DNA of 64,000 bases from Ranitomeya imitator (GCF_032444005.1 NC_091287.1:302560001-302624000), one strand, 5' to 3'. Positions 1 through 13,900 are shown, counted from the stretch's first letter. The notes: generated by a model from the sequence alone, not told the origin. Made by a program: numbers and translations.

Positions 1-44
1 CGAACACGGAAAAACGAAAAATCCCAAGGTCATGAAGGGGTTAA
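1..44 (+). mobile_element. Right end of piggyBac-like non-autonomous element (TIR ...AAGGGG followed by TTAA)
   Basis: cccaaggtcatgaagggg|ttaa matches the right terminus of the complete copy at 34263-35499. Confidence 0.75.
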
Positions 45-229
45 AAGCTTTTATACCTCTTTGTCAAAAATACCTGGCCTTCAGAGCATGGATGCTGGGA
101 GGGTGTCATGAAATTGACCCAAGCCTTTGACAGTGTACCTCTTACCTCTGCTGCACCTGGTGTGTATCTCCCTTGCTTCTCCTCCTTGGTTGGGCAAAGA
201 AGCTTGACCCATTGGCCTTATGGTATAGC

Positions 230-1790
230 ACAATATTAGTAGACCGCTCCACCTCATGAAGGAAAGATGCAAAGTTCTCCTTGTAGTGTGTGTCTATCTG
301 GGTGAACAACCAGTACTATTTTTTTGGTCAAGATAAATGTTACCAAGGGTCATGGGATAGGCCGTGGTACATAAAGTCGGCCATATGTGCCAAGCTCCCT
401 ACAGCCAACACTTCCCTGTCTTCCATGACTACTCACCATATCATTCTCCTCCTCCATATCTTCCTTTTCTTTCCTCTACTCAGCTCATCCACGTAAGAGA
501 GACGAGATGAAGCTTGTGTGGGTATAAGCCTCTGCTGCACTAGCAACCAACTTCTGTTCCCCTTCTTCCTTCTCTGTCTCCCCCTTTGCTTTGTAACCCA
601 ATCTGCACTGAGCAGATGATATGAGGCTGGCCTGGATAGTATCTCCCTGTCACATGTCTTCCTCCATCTCCACCTGGTCTGCATGCAAAGCTTCAGCTTT
701 AATTGTGAGCAGTGACTGTTTCAGTAGGTATAGAAGCGAGATCGTTGCGCTGACTATGACATCATTGCAGCTCACCATCTTTGTGGAGTCCACAGTGTCT
801 TGGAGAACTGCACAAATGTAAGACATCCATGCTCACTCATCAGTTATGTGTGGAGGATGACCTGAATACCAATAGGTGTGTTGCAGCTGGTACTGAACAA
901 CCGGACTCTGCTGCCCACAAAGCCTTGCCAGCATTTGCAGTGCAGTGTTCCAGCATGTGAGCACATTACACGCCAGTCAATAAGTTGGCACTTCTATGCG
1001 CTACTGCAGCACTGCCAGAGCGGCAGCAGCTGTAGCCGACTTGCGGAAATAGGCGCTGACATGGTGTACCTTGACCAGAATCTCAGCCAAATATGGGTAT
1101 GTTTTCAGAGACTGCTGAACTACCAAGTTGAGCACATGTGCCAAGCATGGCATTTGTGAGCTTGCCAATCTTCACAGCCACCACCAGGTACGCATATTAT
1201 CACAAATGACTATGCCTGTTTGGAAGTTAAGCAGAAAAAAACACAGATTTGTCTTGTCTGTTATTTGTTAAAGTAACTCTGCCGTGGTGTGCGGTTAGTC
1301 TCCTAGACAAAGTAGCTGCAACTGAGCCTGTTGCAGCTTTGCTTAGGCAGTGTTGCAGAGCTTTCAGCTGATGTGGATGAAGTGTTCTGAAATAGCAGTT
1401 CTGAGACAGAGGATGAAGAGGAGCAGAATGGGCTGCAGGAACTGGTGTAGGAGGTGGAGGAAACTCTGATAGAAGTAGGAGCAGCAATCCTTTGTGTCGG
1501 TAGGACATGTGCTGTGCCAGGGTGGAACTCGGCCCCAGCCTCCACAATGTTCATCAAGTGTGCCATCAGGGAAAGCGTCGCTGGCCACAAGCTCTTGTCC
1601 ATGTTGTTGGTTAAGTGGACAATCCAAGTAACTGTGTTGTAAGGGCATGGGGAGGTTCCAGGACACATGCTGATACAAGGCGAGGATGCCACAATGAGAG
1701 AAATAGTGGCGGCTGGGGACCAAGTTCCAAGGGACCAAATTTCTACACCTTCACCAGGCCAAATTTTACTTTTATTTGAAAGAGATGACA
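230..1790 (-). pseudogene. hAT (ZBED-type) transposase relic
   Basis: Minus-strand translation across stops and frameshifts gives VICDN..., MPCLAHVLNLVVQ and a degenerate TRWNS(T)L-like block; homologous to 5300-6060. Confidence 0.8.
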
Positions 1791-1911
1791 TTTCACATAA
1801 ACCAAGTTCTACAGTTTATATAAGGATAGTGACTTTTGGAACAACTAAATATTTACACCATGTTCTAGGTCAATTTTGGATTTTATTTTAAAATTCACAC
1901 AAACCAAGTTG

Positions 1912-1963
<52 letters not shown>

Positions 1964-2111
1964 CAATAGTTAATTTTTGGAACAAAAATATTTTAACTGT
2001 ACAAGGACAAGGGGTTTGTAAACATTTTAACCCACTATAATTTTGAAGAAAAAAGCACGTTAAACTGTATGGATGACAAATTGAGAGAGTAAAAATTTTT
2101 TGGGGAATATT

Positions 2112-2518
2112 ATATGCCACCAAAATGTATTCAAGAACACAAAATACTGTAATGTATGAGCAATATATTACCAACAATTTTTTGAACAAGTTTTTGGTGA
2201 AGTAGATAACAACAAAATGTACCCAAGAAGTCAGAAAACCCTATGGATGAGCATTATAATACTGATAAATTTTTAACAACTTTTTTGAAGGGGTAGATAT
2301 AGGGTTAGATGTACCCCTAAATACATAATGTATCTACCCCTTCAAAAAAGTTGTTAAAAATTTATCAGTATTATAATGCTCATCCATAGGGTTTTCTGAC
2401 TTCTTGGGTACATTTTGTTGTTATCTACTTCACCAAAAACTTGTTCAAAAAATTGTTGGTAATATATTGCTCATACATTACAGTATTTTGTGTTCTTGAA
2501 TACATTTTGGTGGCATAT
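2112..2518. repeat. Perfect inverted repeat, 188-bp arms (2112-2299 / 2331-2518), 31-bp spacer
   Basis: Arms compared base by base with no mismatch; ORFs 1845..2189(-) and 2441..2653(+) share the same N-terminus. Confidence 0.95.
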
Positions 2519-3420
2519 TGGATGACTATGACTATGACTATGACTATAGGCTCTATGGATGACTCATTTATTCCAGATAAATTTTTGAATGCATTTTGGG
2601 AGTGTTATATACCAAGAAATTGTACCTCAGAAAAAGTAATACTGTATGAGTGACTAATTGAATCCAGATACATTTTTGAACATTTTTTGGAGGGTTAGAC
2701 AGAGAGAGTTAACCCAGTCAAATTTTTTAATGCTTTTTTTGAGTTTTACAAACCACCGTAATGTACGAAAAACCATGTTAAACTGTATTGATGAGTAATT
2801 GAATCCAGAAATAAATTTGGAGTGTAGTTTATGTACTCCTACACTCATAAAGGCTTTGCACAAATTACAAAGCCAGAAAAAAATTATACGGAGGGTAATA
2901 AATAAATTTTCTTCAGGTGTCCGCTTCTTTTTCTCCTTCCATGGGAAGCTGGGGGTACTCCACCTGCTTCCCACAGCCCGATTCTAAGGTGCCTGGGCAG
3001 TAAGTGACCCAGCTTCCAGTAGTGCCAGAGCTCCCCATGATATAGAAATGGGCAACAATCCCCTGTGCCTCCTGCAATATTAACAGCTCCTGTATAGGAG
3101 GTTGGGAATTCCAAGGACGGTACACTCTCTTGGGCATGGTAGTAACCCTGTGTCAAGCTGCCTGAAGGAGCTTCTCTCAGGCCTGTTCAGTCTTCAAGAA
3201 GGGAAGAAGGGATCATCCTGCTCCCTTCCTTCTGAGATCACACCCACTGCATATCACTGATGTTGCCACTCCATTTTGAAGAACATGACCCTGGTTTCAA
3301 CCATCAGCTCTTGCAGCCATTGAGGCCAGCGTTACATCTCTACTGCCCGACGGTTGAATGAGATGTGATGACCCACTCTTCAATGGACCCACTTCTCTGC
3401 TGACTGTCATAAGTTATGAC

Positions 3421-4185
3421 TAGTGTTGAGCGATACCGTCCGATACTTGAAAGTATCGGTATCGGATAGTATCGGCCGATACCCTAAAAGTATCGGATAT
3501 CGCCGATACCGATACCCGATACCAATACAAGTCAATGGGACACCAAGTATCGGAAGGTATCCTGATGGTTCCCAGGGTCTGAAGGAGAGGAAACTCTCCT
3601 TCAGGCCCTGGGATCCATATTAATGTGTAAAATAAAGAATTAAAATAAAAAATATTGATATAATTACCTCTCCGGAGGCCCCTGGACATCACCGCTGGTA
3701 ACCGGCAGCCTTCTTTGCTTAAAATGAGCGTGTTTAGGACCTGAGAATGACGTCGCGGCTTCTGATTGGTCGCGTGCCGCTCATGTGACCGCCACGCGAC
3801 CAATCAGAAGCCGCGACGTCATTCTCAGGTCCTAAATTCCTAGAATGAGGAGTTTAGGACCTGAGAATGACGTCGCGGCTTCTGATTGGTCGCGTGGCGG
3901 TCACATGAGCGGCACCCGACCAATCAGAAGCCGTGACGTCATGGAAGTCCCTAAACGCGCTCATTTTAAACAAAGAAGGCTGCCGGTTACCAGCGGTAAT
4001 GTCCAGGGGCCTCTGGAGAGGTGAGTATATCAATATTTTTTATTTTAATTCTTTATTTTACACATTAATATGGATCCGATACCGATTCCTGATACCACAA
4101 AAGTATCGGAACTCGGTATCGGAATTCCGATACCGCAAGTATCGGCCGATACCCGATACTTGCGGTATCGGAATACTCAACCCTA
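3421..4185. mobile_element. hAT-type foldback MITE
   Basis: TIR TAGTGTTGAG...CTCAACCCTA; 8-bp TSD GTTATGAC/TTTATGAC (one mismatch); nested internal palindromes (e.g. 3735-3833). Confidence 0.85.
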
Positions 4186-5299
4186 TTTATGACCACACCC
4201 TGGGATGCCAACTGTCGATACCTTGTGGCAAGAAAGTTTAATAACAATTCTCCAGACCCGGTCCTGGCTTTCCTCCACTTCCAACCAGCCTAGGCCCTGC
4301 AATCCACTCACCAGTTCCTGGATCTTGGCTCTCCTATCCGCAGTCTGCAAGAACCCCAGTGGTAAAGGGTTTGGGCCATGGGGGTTCAAGGAAATTGTCT
4401 AGATTCGGACCACAGGCTTCTGCCATTTCTGCTGTTGTGCCAACTTTCTCTAGCTCCATTATTCCCCTGGTCACTACCTTGAGAGTCTCGCCTGGTTCTG
4501 CCATATTTGTCACCCACTAAGCATGTTAGACTGTATGGATGACTAATTGAATACAGTAAAAAAAATAAAATGTTTTGGTTTTTTGTAGTGCTAGATATCA
4601 CAGAATATACCACATACCATGGAATTGTGTATGGGGGAGAAATGTAATCCAGCAATTTTTTTAACACTTTTTTGGAGTGTTAGATTTCACAGAAATATAC
4701 AACATAATACGGAATTGTGTATGGGTGAGGAACTTAACTCTGTCAAATTTTAAAACTTTTTTTTTGGAGTGTTATACATTAAAATTGTTTTACCCTAGAA
4801 CATAGAGTAGTGTATGGGTAAGAAATGTAGCCCAGGAAAATTGTTTTTAATTTTTGTTAGTTAGTTAGTTAGTTTAGTTAGTTGTTCCACTTTCTACTAC
4901 ACAGATTTCCAGCATATATTCTTTGCAATTTTCATTTTAGGTGGCTGCGATCATCCACCAGATATTATATAATGCAGCGGATTATCCCATGCTTGAGCAT
5001 TTCTTCCATTTTTTCCACAGATGTCAAGCGCTGGTTAAATAAGTACATGTTGTTTTTCTTCCACAGCGTTACAAACTAAGTGCTTTTGGTTTTATGGGCG
5101 TAGTGCAATCTATTCATATACAACTAGGAAACTGTTGTCTCTATATTGTATTTTTTTCTGTATTTTTATCACCTTTTTTTTCCTACAGCATACAACCTTT
5201 AAATTATTTCCTCAGTAAACGTATATTTTTCTATTTAGATCCCATCTATGTGTTAATCGCATTCAGGGGATAAAATAGTATTCCCTTCTGGTTTCTTTT

Positions 5300-6060
5300 G
5301 CACAAATCTAATACTTGCTAAATTTTTTCCACAATGGCCTTCTGGTATAACACCATTTTAGTAGATCTCTCTTCCTCAGGAAGGAGAGATGCAAGTTTTT
5401 CCTTGTAGCGTGGGTCTAGCAGGGTGAACAACCAGTGCTCCTTTTTGGCTAAGATGAAAATAACGTGAGGGTCACGGGAAAGACAGCGGTAGATAAAGTC
5501 GGCCATATGTGCCAAGCTCCCTACAGCCAACACTACCCTGTCTCCACCATGATAACGACTCTGAAACTCCTCCTGCTCCCTCTCTTCTTCCTCATTCCCC
5601 TACTCACCCCATCCACATAGAAGAGACAGGATGAAGCTTGTGTGGATACTTGCCTGTGTAGCAACCAGCTTCTGTTTCTCCTCTTCTTCGGCTTCCACCT
5701 CCTCATTGTTACCAAATCCATGCTGGACAGATGAGATGAGGCTGGGCTGGGTAGTATTTCCCTATCTCATGTATTCCTCCATCTTCTCCTAGTCCGCATG
5801 CAAAGCTTCATATTTAATTCTCAGCTGCAAATGTTTAAGTAGGCACAGGAGTGGGATAGTTGCGCTGATTATGGTGTCATTGCTGCTCACTATCTCCTCA
5901 AAGTCTTAGAGAGCCACGGAAATATCAGACATCCATGCCCACTCTTCAGTTGTTTTCTTTGGAGGCTGACCAGAATACTAACTGGGTCTCCTGGCTGTTC
6001 TGGGTCACCTGACGAAGACTACATGCCGAAACATGTGTTGGGATCTAGCCCCAGCACAGC
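5300..6060 (-). pseudogene. Second hAT transposase relic
   Basis: ORF 5318..5533 contains LLDPRYK; homologous to the 230-700 region. Confidence 0.8.
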
Positions 6061-7163
6061 AGGAGGAAATGACCACAGGTATTTATTAGTCTTTACTCAT
6101 GTTTGTTGAAATTTGTTTGCATCCACACCCTGCTATTTTATGATACATGCATGTCAGGCTGAGATCATCTTAGGGTATCTTTTTTAGCCCATTATTCATA
6201 TATTTGCCTGGTATGAAGCCCTGTGTACATTAATGCATATCCTCCATGCTGTTTTGTCGCCCTAGCTTGCTCACCTTGTTAAATGTATTTTAAACATATT
6301 ATAAATACTTTTCTTACTAAAGATTTATAATATTTTATTACTTTATGGCTATATAGTTTATTTAATGTCACCTGCATGGGCAAAGTGCCTTCACAGAAAA
6401 ATTCCACATACCCAGCCAGGACCTCCACTTTCATATCAAGTGATGGGGCACCCCAGATGAGTACCTCACCCACAGCTACCACCCCACGTCGCATTACACT
6501 TCAGTCAGCAATAGTTTTGCAGTTGGAAGAGCATCATTATGAGGGGAGGACTCGAGTTGCATGGAAAATGATAACCATTACAAGGCGCTGGACAAGAACT
6601 GTAAAAAGGTGGTGAGTGGCGCAGAACAGCCAGGAGGAGAAGCAAAAGTGCGGCTCTTCAGAGGCTACATCTACAGAAGGAAGTGTCAGAACCCAGGAGT
6701 GCCAGCGTGCAGCTGAGAGTTGCCATTGCTGCAAAGTGAAAAGATAAGGTCCACCCAGTAAGGTTGTGACCCAAGGAAATGGGCAAAAAAGATCAAGAAA
6801 CAGAATGGTGAGTCAGAGATAACCACACCTTGCGAAAGGCGAGCTTCATGAGATGAAAGAGATGGCACGATTTGTGGGTTGTGAGTTGATGAGAAAGGGG
6901 TGTGGCAGCAAGATGGCAAAGTGGGAAATGTTAATGGCACGGAGTGAGGCACATGCAAAAAGTGGGTGGCTTGGTTTAAGAGCCCAGAGGCCGAAAGCTC
7001 CTGCACCCAGCCCGCAGATGAACCCTAACCTGGGGTGCACACCTCTTACCACTCGGGCGAAGTGGATTGTGAAGGTGATCTGGGCCAAGAAAGAAAGGGA
7101 GCAGTGAGTCTGGGTCTAACTGGAAAGCCCGGGTGGAGAAAAGCTCGCCCAGCACATGACAAA

Positions 7164-7336
7164 GGGTTGGTTCTATACTTCGACTATAAGAGGGGCATTG
7201 GCTTCCTGGCAGAGGAGAGTACCTTACTGTAGACAAGGTATATGTGAACACCAGATCCATCTGCCTCAGTCCAACCCTCCAGCCAGGAGAGTGTGTGCAG
7301 TTCATTAAAGGAAGATGGGCAGTGAGGCTGGTTCGC
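7164..7336 (+). pseudogene. Frameshifted cold-shock (OB-fold)-like domain inside an unclassified, probably LTR-derived repeat (~6600-9260)
   Basis: GLVLYFDYKRGIGFLAE / DKVYVNTRSI / LQPGECVQF mirrors the CSD consensus G-V-WF---KGFGFI / DVFVH-SAI / L-EG--VEF. Confidence 0.55.
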
Positions 7337-7419
7337 AATCATGGTCTCCCAGATCAAGTTAGAGATGAAAGAGAAATTATGGTCGTCCAGCCTCGATCAG
7401 ACGTGTCAGCACACAGAGT

Positions 7420-8545
7420 CCATAGACCATAGTTATTAAGGTTGAAGGAAGACTATAAGTCCATCTAGTTCAACCCAGAGCCTAACCTAACATGCCCAAA
7501 CATGTTGATCCAGAGGAAGGCAAAAAAAACCCATGTGGCAAAGAGTAAGCTCCACCTTGGGGAAAAAAATTCCTTCCCGACTCCACATACAGCAATCAGA
7601 CTAGTTCCCTGGATCAACGCCCTATCAAGGAATCTAGTGTATATACCCTGTAACATTATACTTTTCCAGAAATGTATCCAGTCCCCTCTTAAATTTAAGT
7701 AATGAAGCACTCATTACAACATCATACGGCAGAGAGTTCCATAGTCTCACTGCTCTTACAGTAAAGAATCCGCATCTGTTATTATGCTTAAACCTTTTTT
7801 CCTCCAAACGTAGAGGATGCCCCCTTGTCCCCGTTTCAGGTCTATGATTAAAAAGATCATCAGAAAGGTCTTTGTACTGTCCCCTCATATATTTATACAT
7901 TAAAATAAGATCACCCCTTAGTCTTCGTTTTTCCAAACTAAATAGCCCCAAGTGTAATAACCTATCTTGGTATTGCAGACCCCCCAGTCCTCTAATAACC
8001 TTGGTTGCTCTTCTCTGCACCCGCTCCAGTTCAGCTATGTCGTTCTTATACACCGGAGACCAGAACTGTACACAGTATTCTAAGTGTGGTCGAACTAGTG
8101 ACTTGTATAGAGGTAAAATTATGTTCTCCTCATGAGCATTTATGCCTCTTTTAATGTATCCCATTATTTTATTTGCCTTTGTAGCAGCTGCCTGACACTG
8201 GCCACTGAATATGAGTTTGTCATCCACCCATACACCCAGGTCTTTTTCATTGATGGTTTTGCCCAGAGTTTTAGAATTAAGCACATAATTATATATCTTA
8301 TTACTTCTACCCAAGTGCATGACCTTACATTTATCCCCATTAAAGCTCATTTGCCATTTATCAGCCCAAGCTTCTAGTTTACATAAATCATCCTGTAATA
8401 TTAAATTGTCCTCCTCTGTATTGATTATCCTGTAGAGTTTAGTGTCATCTGCAAATATTGAAATTCTACTCTGAATGCCCCCTACAAGGTCATTAATAAA
8501 TATGTTAAAAAGAAGAGGGCCCAATACTGACCCCTGTGGTACCCC
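7420..8545 (-). mobile_element. 5'-truncated CR1-type LINE (RT C-terminal half plus 3' UTR)
   Basis: ORF 7634..8524: (GVPQGSVL)GPLLFNIFIND, FADDTKL, EKDLGV, LYKSLVRPHLEY, LEKRRLRGDLI. Confidence 0.92.
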
Positions 8546-9292
8546 ACACCCCTGGATGCTAGAACGAGAAACAGTGGAGAGTCTTTCTCAAGTTCCTGCT
8601 GACTCTCAGCAGAGGACAAGGTCATGTAAATAGTAGAGAACCCAGCTGTGTATATGGCCAGGGTACTCAGTAGACGTAAGGAGGATGGAGGCCAAGGAGA
8701 CCTGGGTCTAAATGCTACAAGCTGGAAATTTGTATTAGAAGGAGACAGGAGTCTCACGATCAAGTAATGCCTTTTGCACCCTCGTGAAAGGCCAGGATTC
8801 TAGTGCGTATGTGAACCTCCTTTCCAAGACTCTCTGTGTTTATAGCCATGAATAACCAAAGTTGTTTTCCCTTCCCTAGTTTGTTGTGCATTCCCCTGAT
8901 GGATTAAATAGACACTGCAGTTGCTGGGGAATCCTACACCCTCAGTCAAGGACTGAATCTTAGCCAGCAAGGACAATGTCTAATGGACCATATGACTGTC
9001 ATGTGAACAGGACTGTAACTAAAAGGATGGTGCCTCCATTTGATGAATGCTGTTTTTAAGGGTCGTGTTCTGTGCAGAACAAATGGACTGCACCTGCTGT
9101 GAAATGGGCTACCCTTACAGGTTGTACTGTATTGTTGATTAAAGGAATCTGGTTCACTCATGGTAAGACTAACCTGATGGACTGGCATCGGGTAAGTTAA
9201 ACAGTAACATGGACTCGGATAGTAATAAAATCTAGGATTCTAACCAAGAGGTTCGGTTTTAACAGAGCGAAAAGAGGCGATCATCAACTTAA

Positions 9293-9661
9293 AGGGAATC
9301 TGTCAGCAGGTTTTTGCTATGTAATCTGAAGACAGCAGGAGATAGAGGCTGAAGCACAGAGATCAGGAATGTGCCACTTGTCAAAGTGCATGCTGCTGTT
9401 TAATAGCTGCAAAGGATTTATCACTAAGAAATTAACATTGCCAGACTAATCACCTCACTAGCTATGGTTTTTTCACATGGAGAGCTTGGTGTGGGTGGGG
9501 TTAGCTTTCTCATTTATTCTTTTTTTTAAATCTAAAAGCTCTGATTGTGTCAGATTGTCTGAACCCAGTATACTAAGTGATACATTGTTGAATTCAACTT
9601 CTCTTTGCCAACATCATGCTGCTCTCATATGAGGTAGCAGAAACCTGCTGACAGATTCCTT
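9293..9661. mobile_element. T2/Kolobok-type MITE
   Basis: TTAA on both sides; 21-bp TIR AGGGAATCTGTCAGCAGGTTT with one mismatch. Confidence 0.88.
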
Positions 9662-9767
9662 TTAAGCAATATGCAGAAGAATGTTATATTGGTGCCTTTT
9701 GGTCTCCAGTACTAACTGAGCACTCTAAGCTCTGTGCAGGAGCATGTATTTGTGTTTTATTGGCTCC

Positions 9768-10041
9768 AGAGCACGGTTGCTCAGTGGTTAGCACTGCAGC
9801 CTTGCAGCGCTGGGGTCCTAGGTTCAAATCCCAACAAAGAACATTTGCAAGGAGTTTGTATGTTCTCCCTGTGTTTGCGTGGGTTTCCTCCGGGTACTCC
9901 GGTTTCCCCCCACATTCCAAAGGCATACTGATAGGGAATTTAGATTGTGAGCCCCATTCGGGATAGCGATGAAAATGTGTGCAAACTGTAAAGCGCTGCA
10001 GAATATGTTAGCGCTATATAAAAATAAAGATTATTATTATT
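9768..10041 (+). mobile_element. tRNA-derived V-SINE
   Basis: A-box (tgctcagtgg), B-box (ggttcaaatccc), V-domain-like tgtatgttctccctgtgtttgcgtgggtttcctccggg, L2-like 3' end with (TTA)n tail. Confidence 0.85.
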
Positions 10042-10145
10042 CCAGATGGCAGAGGGCAGCCATCATTAAAGAAGTGGAAAATGTAAGGATATGTACATGC
10101 TGTCCACGTTTCCCTCTTGAAGAAACAAGTTTTATTGTTAAAATG

Positions 10146-10991
10146 TGTTATGTAATGTGAAATGTCATGTATAATGTTGTGTGAGTTGAGATGTATGTTA
10201 GTAATATGTGTAGTTGGACTACATAGATAGTTGAAGTTAATGTTTGGGACTAGCCCAGAATGGGAGAGCCGAATTACAGGGAAAGTGAGAGACAGATAGG
10301 GCCTGGAGTGCATATTGAGTGGATCAAAACATCCAAGGGTAGCAATGACGCATCCTGGGGTGACTCTAAGTGAGAGGAGACTGAAGAAAAGGGATAATGA
10401 GCAGAATGACCTTCAGGAAACAGGTCCTAGGAGAGGACACCTAGCCACAAGACCTCGAGCTTATAATGCTAGAAGGTAAAGGGTCTAAAGCAGTACTGAG
10501 AACATGGGACAAGTAAAGTGTCTCAGGCGGGAGTTCCAGAACATTAGCATTACTGGAAAGGGGATACCGAACCACAGAATAATAGATTACACTTGTTAAT
10601 CAGGACTATAAATCTGGATTATAGTGAAGTAGTACAAAACAGTGGCCATTGAGGGCACTATTAATAATGATGGAAGGAAACTGTATAGAAAATACTTCAA
10701 GTTGTAAAGGAAACATTCATAAGACCGTGTACTCACTTTCCCTTGTATATAACCCTTATCAAATTGACGTTCAGTAAAAAGTTTATTTTTGAATGGTGGT
10801 CTCCCTCATTAAACTGTGAAACATTTGGTCCTGGCAAACCTACAACAATGGTTAGATGCGGCCTGTATTGGTGTAATGCCCTCACAGCATGAGTCCTCAT
10901 ACCCTGCCAGGACCTTCACTTTCATGTAATGTGCCAGGTGCCAGGGCAACCCTAACGAGTGCCTCACCAACGGCTACTGCCCTGCGTAACA
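10146..10991. mobile_element. Probable old solo LTR
   Basis: TGTTA...TAACA ends; 10780-10990 is clearly homologous to 18640-18835; no TSD found. Confidence 0.45.
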
Positions 10992-13900
10992 TTACACATG
11001 ATTCATGCAGAAAACAGAAGAAAAGGGCTGGGAAACATGGGGACTATAGAAATTGCCCTAATTAGACAGTTGAAATCGGGGATATATTAGAATGAAGTAC
11101 AACCATTCAATATAGTACTATTGGAAAAGCAAATACACAATTTTTAATACCTTTTTTTATTGTGTAAGCTATAAAGAGCTTAGTCTGGGTTGCCCAGGCT
11201 ATGTGTACTTTATAGTTCATCAAGATAGAGATTCTCTGAGCAAATAGCTCTGATTAGGTCTGTCTTCCAGGTCCTCATTGAGTTTTGTCATGAAGGATAG
11301 GACAATGTTCTTATTTCAGGACACCAACAGCTGGAAAAAGGGAGGAAACCCAGATTCTCGCTGTTACCCAAATCGTGAAACAAGATTTTGAGATAAAAAC
11401 AATGGCACTCTATATGAACAGTGGTTAAAGTGATACTACAAGATATGTAATTACATCCATGAATAAATGCAACTTAACAATTTTATAATGTAAATGTCAA
11501 AGCTTCGAAGCATGGAATTCTTCCTTGTTAAGCACTGCACAAGGCCTACTTTCCAATATGAACAATCAGTATAAGCAAGATGGTAATGAAAGAAAAACCA
11601 TCATTAGGATAAGCATAATTACATTTAGTATACAATGCCGATTGACCGACAGGGCCAAGTAATAGAAGCAAACTGCATAAAACATTCACCACTGTTACTA
11701 AGCAAAGATTTAACTATCCTTCTAACTAATGGCCAGAAAACCAATCATCCACAAAGATGTATAAAGACAGCTGTGGAAAATAAGCTGAAATTAAGACAGC
11801 ATGTCCAGGTCCTGTACAAGTGGTACTTGCACTAAATGTACAGGAAAACCACAGGAAAAAAGCAATGAAAACATAAACTCATACCAAACCCAATTCTAGA
11901 AATTAAATAAAGTAATACCCGGGAGGAGAAGCAGCCGCCTGTCCATCCACCATCCCCCCAAAAATATAACACAAGTTGGGGAAGGAGCAAGGGAGTTTTC
12001 ATGGGATTGGTTCAAATCCAAAGTAGTTCATCATATCACCTGTCCAAAGCAAGCAGTGGGAGTATACATCCCCATATACATTATATTTGCTGCTGTTCCT
12101 GACATCTAGGAAATGTCACTTGTTTGAATTTTTATTTTTGCAAGCAGATGGACTTGCATGAGATTAGAATAAAATGGCTTTTTCAAGCCGAGCTAGGAGA
12201 TAAAGTGACCATTGAGGTGTTAAGATTGAAAATTATGGCAAGCACATGCTCCATATCTGGAGCATAGTTTATAATGTTATAGAAGCTGAAGCTACAGGGG
12301 AATACACACTTGTAAGGAAAACTTTGCCTTTCTTTGGCTGCTTTCACACATCCTTATTTTCTCATTTGTGAAAATGGTCTGAGGTTTTTTCAGTGTGCTG
12401 TACCCATTTTTGGTCCATTTTACAGTTTTTTACAATGCATGTTGCATTTGTTTTTCACATATGAAGGAAAAAGAAACTTTGTTTTTGCTACTGATTTAAC
12501 AATAAAATATGGACAGCACATGGATGAAATCCATATACTACCCTTTTTTCTTCAAGGGGCCATTGATTTGCATTGGAGAGTTTGATCTGCAACACAAATC
12601 AAAGCAGGACAAAAATGAATAAAATTAGAAAAGACACATTTATTGTAAAGGGTCAGCAATCTATCTGAAAAGGCTTAATCAGATGAGCATATTATACGTG
12701 TGGTGTCCTTGTGTGCATGGACTTCACATGGAGAGCACATTGACCCATTAGAGATAATGTGCCCGTGCCCATATGGCAATGTTTCATTACCAGCTCTCAG
12801 CTGCCTTACAAATTGTGCATCCATTTGACTTAGCCTCGACTCTTTCCAATTGCCCTGTGGCAGTGACAATCGGAGTAATGGGATTGTGGGGTTGAGGTCA
12901 GCTGTGTAATGTTCACTGACATCACACCCACAGGTTAGTAATGGAGAGGCATCACACAGAGGACAGCATGGAAACTGCTGGATGTTCGGGCCCCCCTTGA
13001 GTGGAGTTGAGGATCAATTTTGGGTATCGATCCAGTACCCGAACCAAACTTTTCTTTTAACGTTTAACCGAACCTAAACATTCACATGCCCGTTCATTTC
13101 TATTTGTGAGGTATCAAGCAGCTTTGTTCGAAGTGATGAAAGAAGTTTTTCAATCCAACAAAGCCAGTTACAGTAAAAGCAAAAAAATCTTTATTGTGAC
13201 AATTAAAATCTCCGTAAAATCTAAGTAGATACGTGGCAGATATTTCTTTATGCCCATGCTACTATTCTAAGAATTTATTGCTTTTAACTTGCTTTTCTGG
13301 ATTGAAAAACCTCTTTCATCATGTCGGAGAAATATTGATACACAGTGGGTACACGATCGTAAATACCAGGACTGTCCTTGGTTTGGATGCTTGTTGCAGT
13401 ACCATATAATGCATCCCTCATGGTATACCATATATAGTAAACATTGATGCAGAATTGAGGTTGAGGAGAGTTGCAAACTTTGGTGTTCGCTTTGTTGCAC
13501 AAAAACATGCCCTGTTTTCTAGCTCTTTCTCACTCATTTTTTTTAACAAGTGGGCAGGAGTTAGCAGAAGTGACCGGTCCTCCCATATCCAGGAAGAATA
13601 GCTAAATAAGAAGTGTGCATTCCTTAAAAGATTAGATATCTTTCTCCAGCGCGCTATAGATTCAAACTTGTGTATCAGACATAATAAATTCCAGGTACTA
13701 GGTACTTTTTATAGATTTAGTGCGATATTAGGTTAAAAGCCCAAGGTGCAGAGGCCATCAAGGTCAGCATAGCATTCTTCAGTAAGGAGAGGTGATGATC
13801 TTTTTGCACCTGAGGGCCCTGCATAGGTAAATATTATATTCATTGACATAACCTGAATGTTATGAAGCAAAAATACAGGTACAAAGAATAAAGAGACACA

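Noticed and set aside
3735-3960. CRISPR-like or regulatory array of CCAAT/TGACGT repeats
   Set aside because: These are internal palindromes of a hAT MITE; there are no unique spacers and the context is eukaryotic.
2960-4520. Possible Gypsy integrase or DIRS remnant around the hAT MITE
   Set aside because: Only a weak CHKVSTVGIPG resemblance to an H-H-C-C start; too degraded to call.
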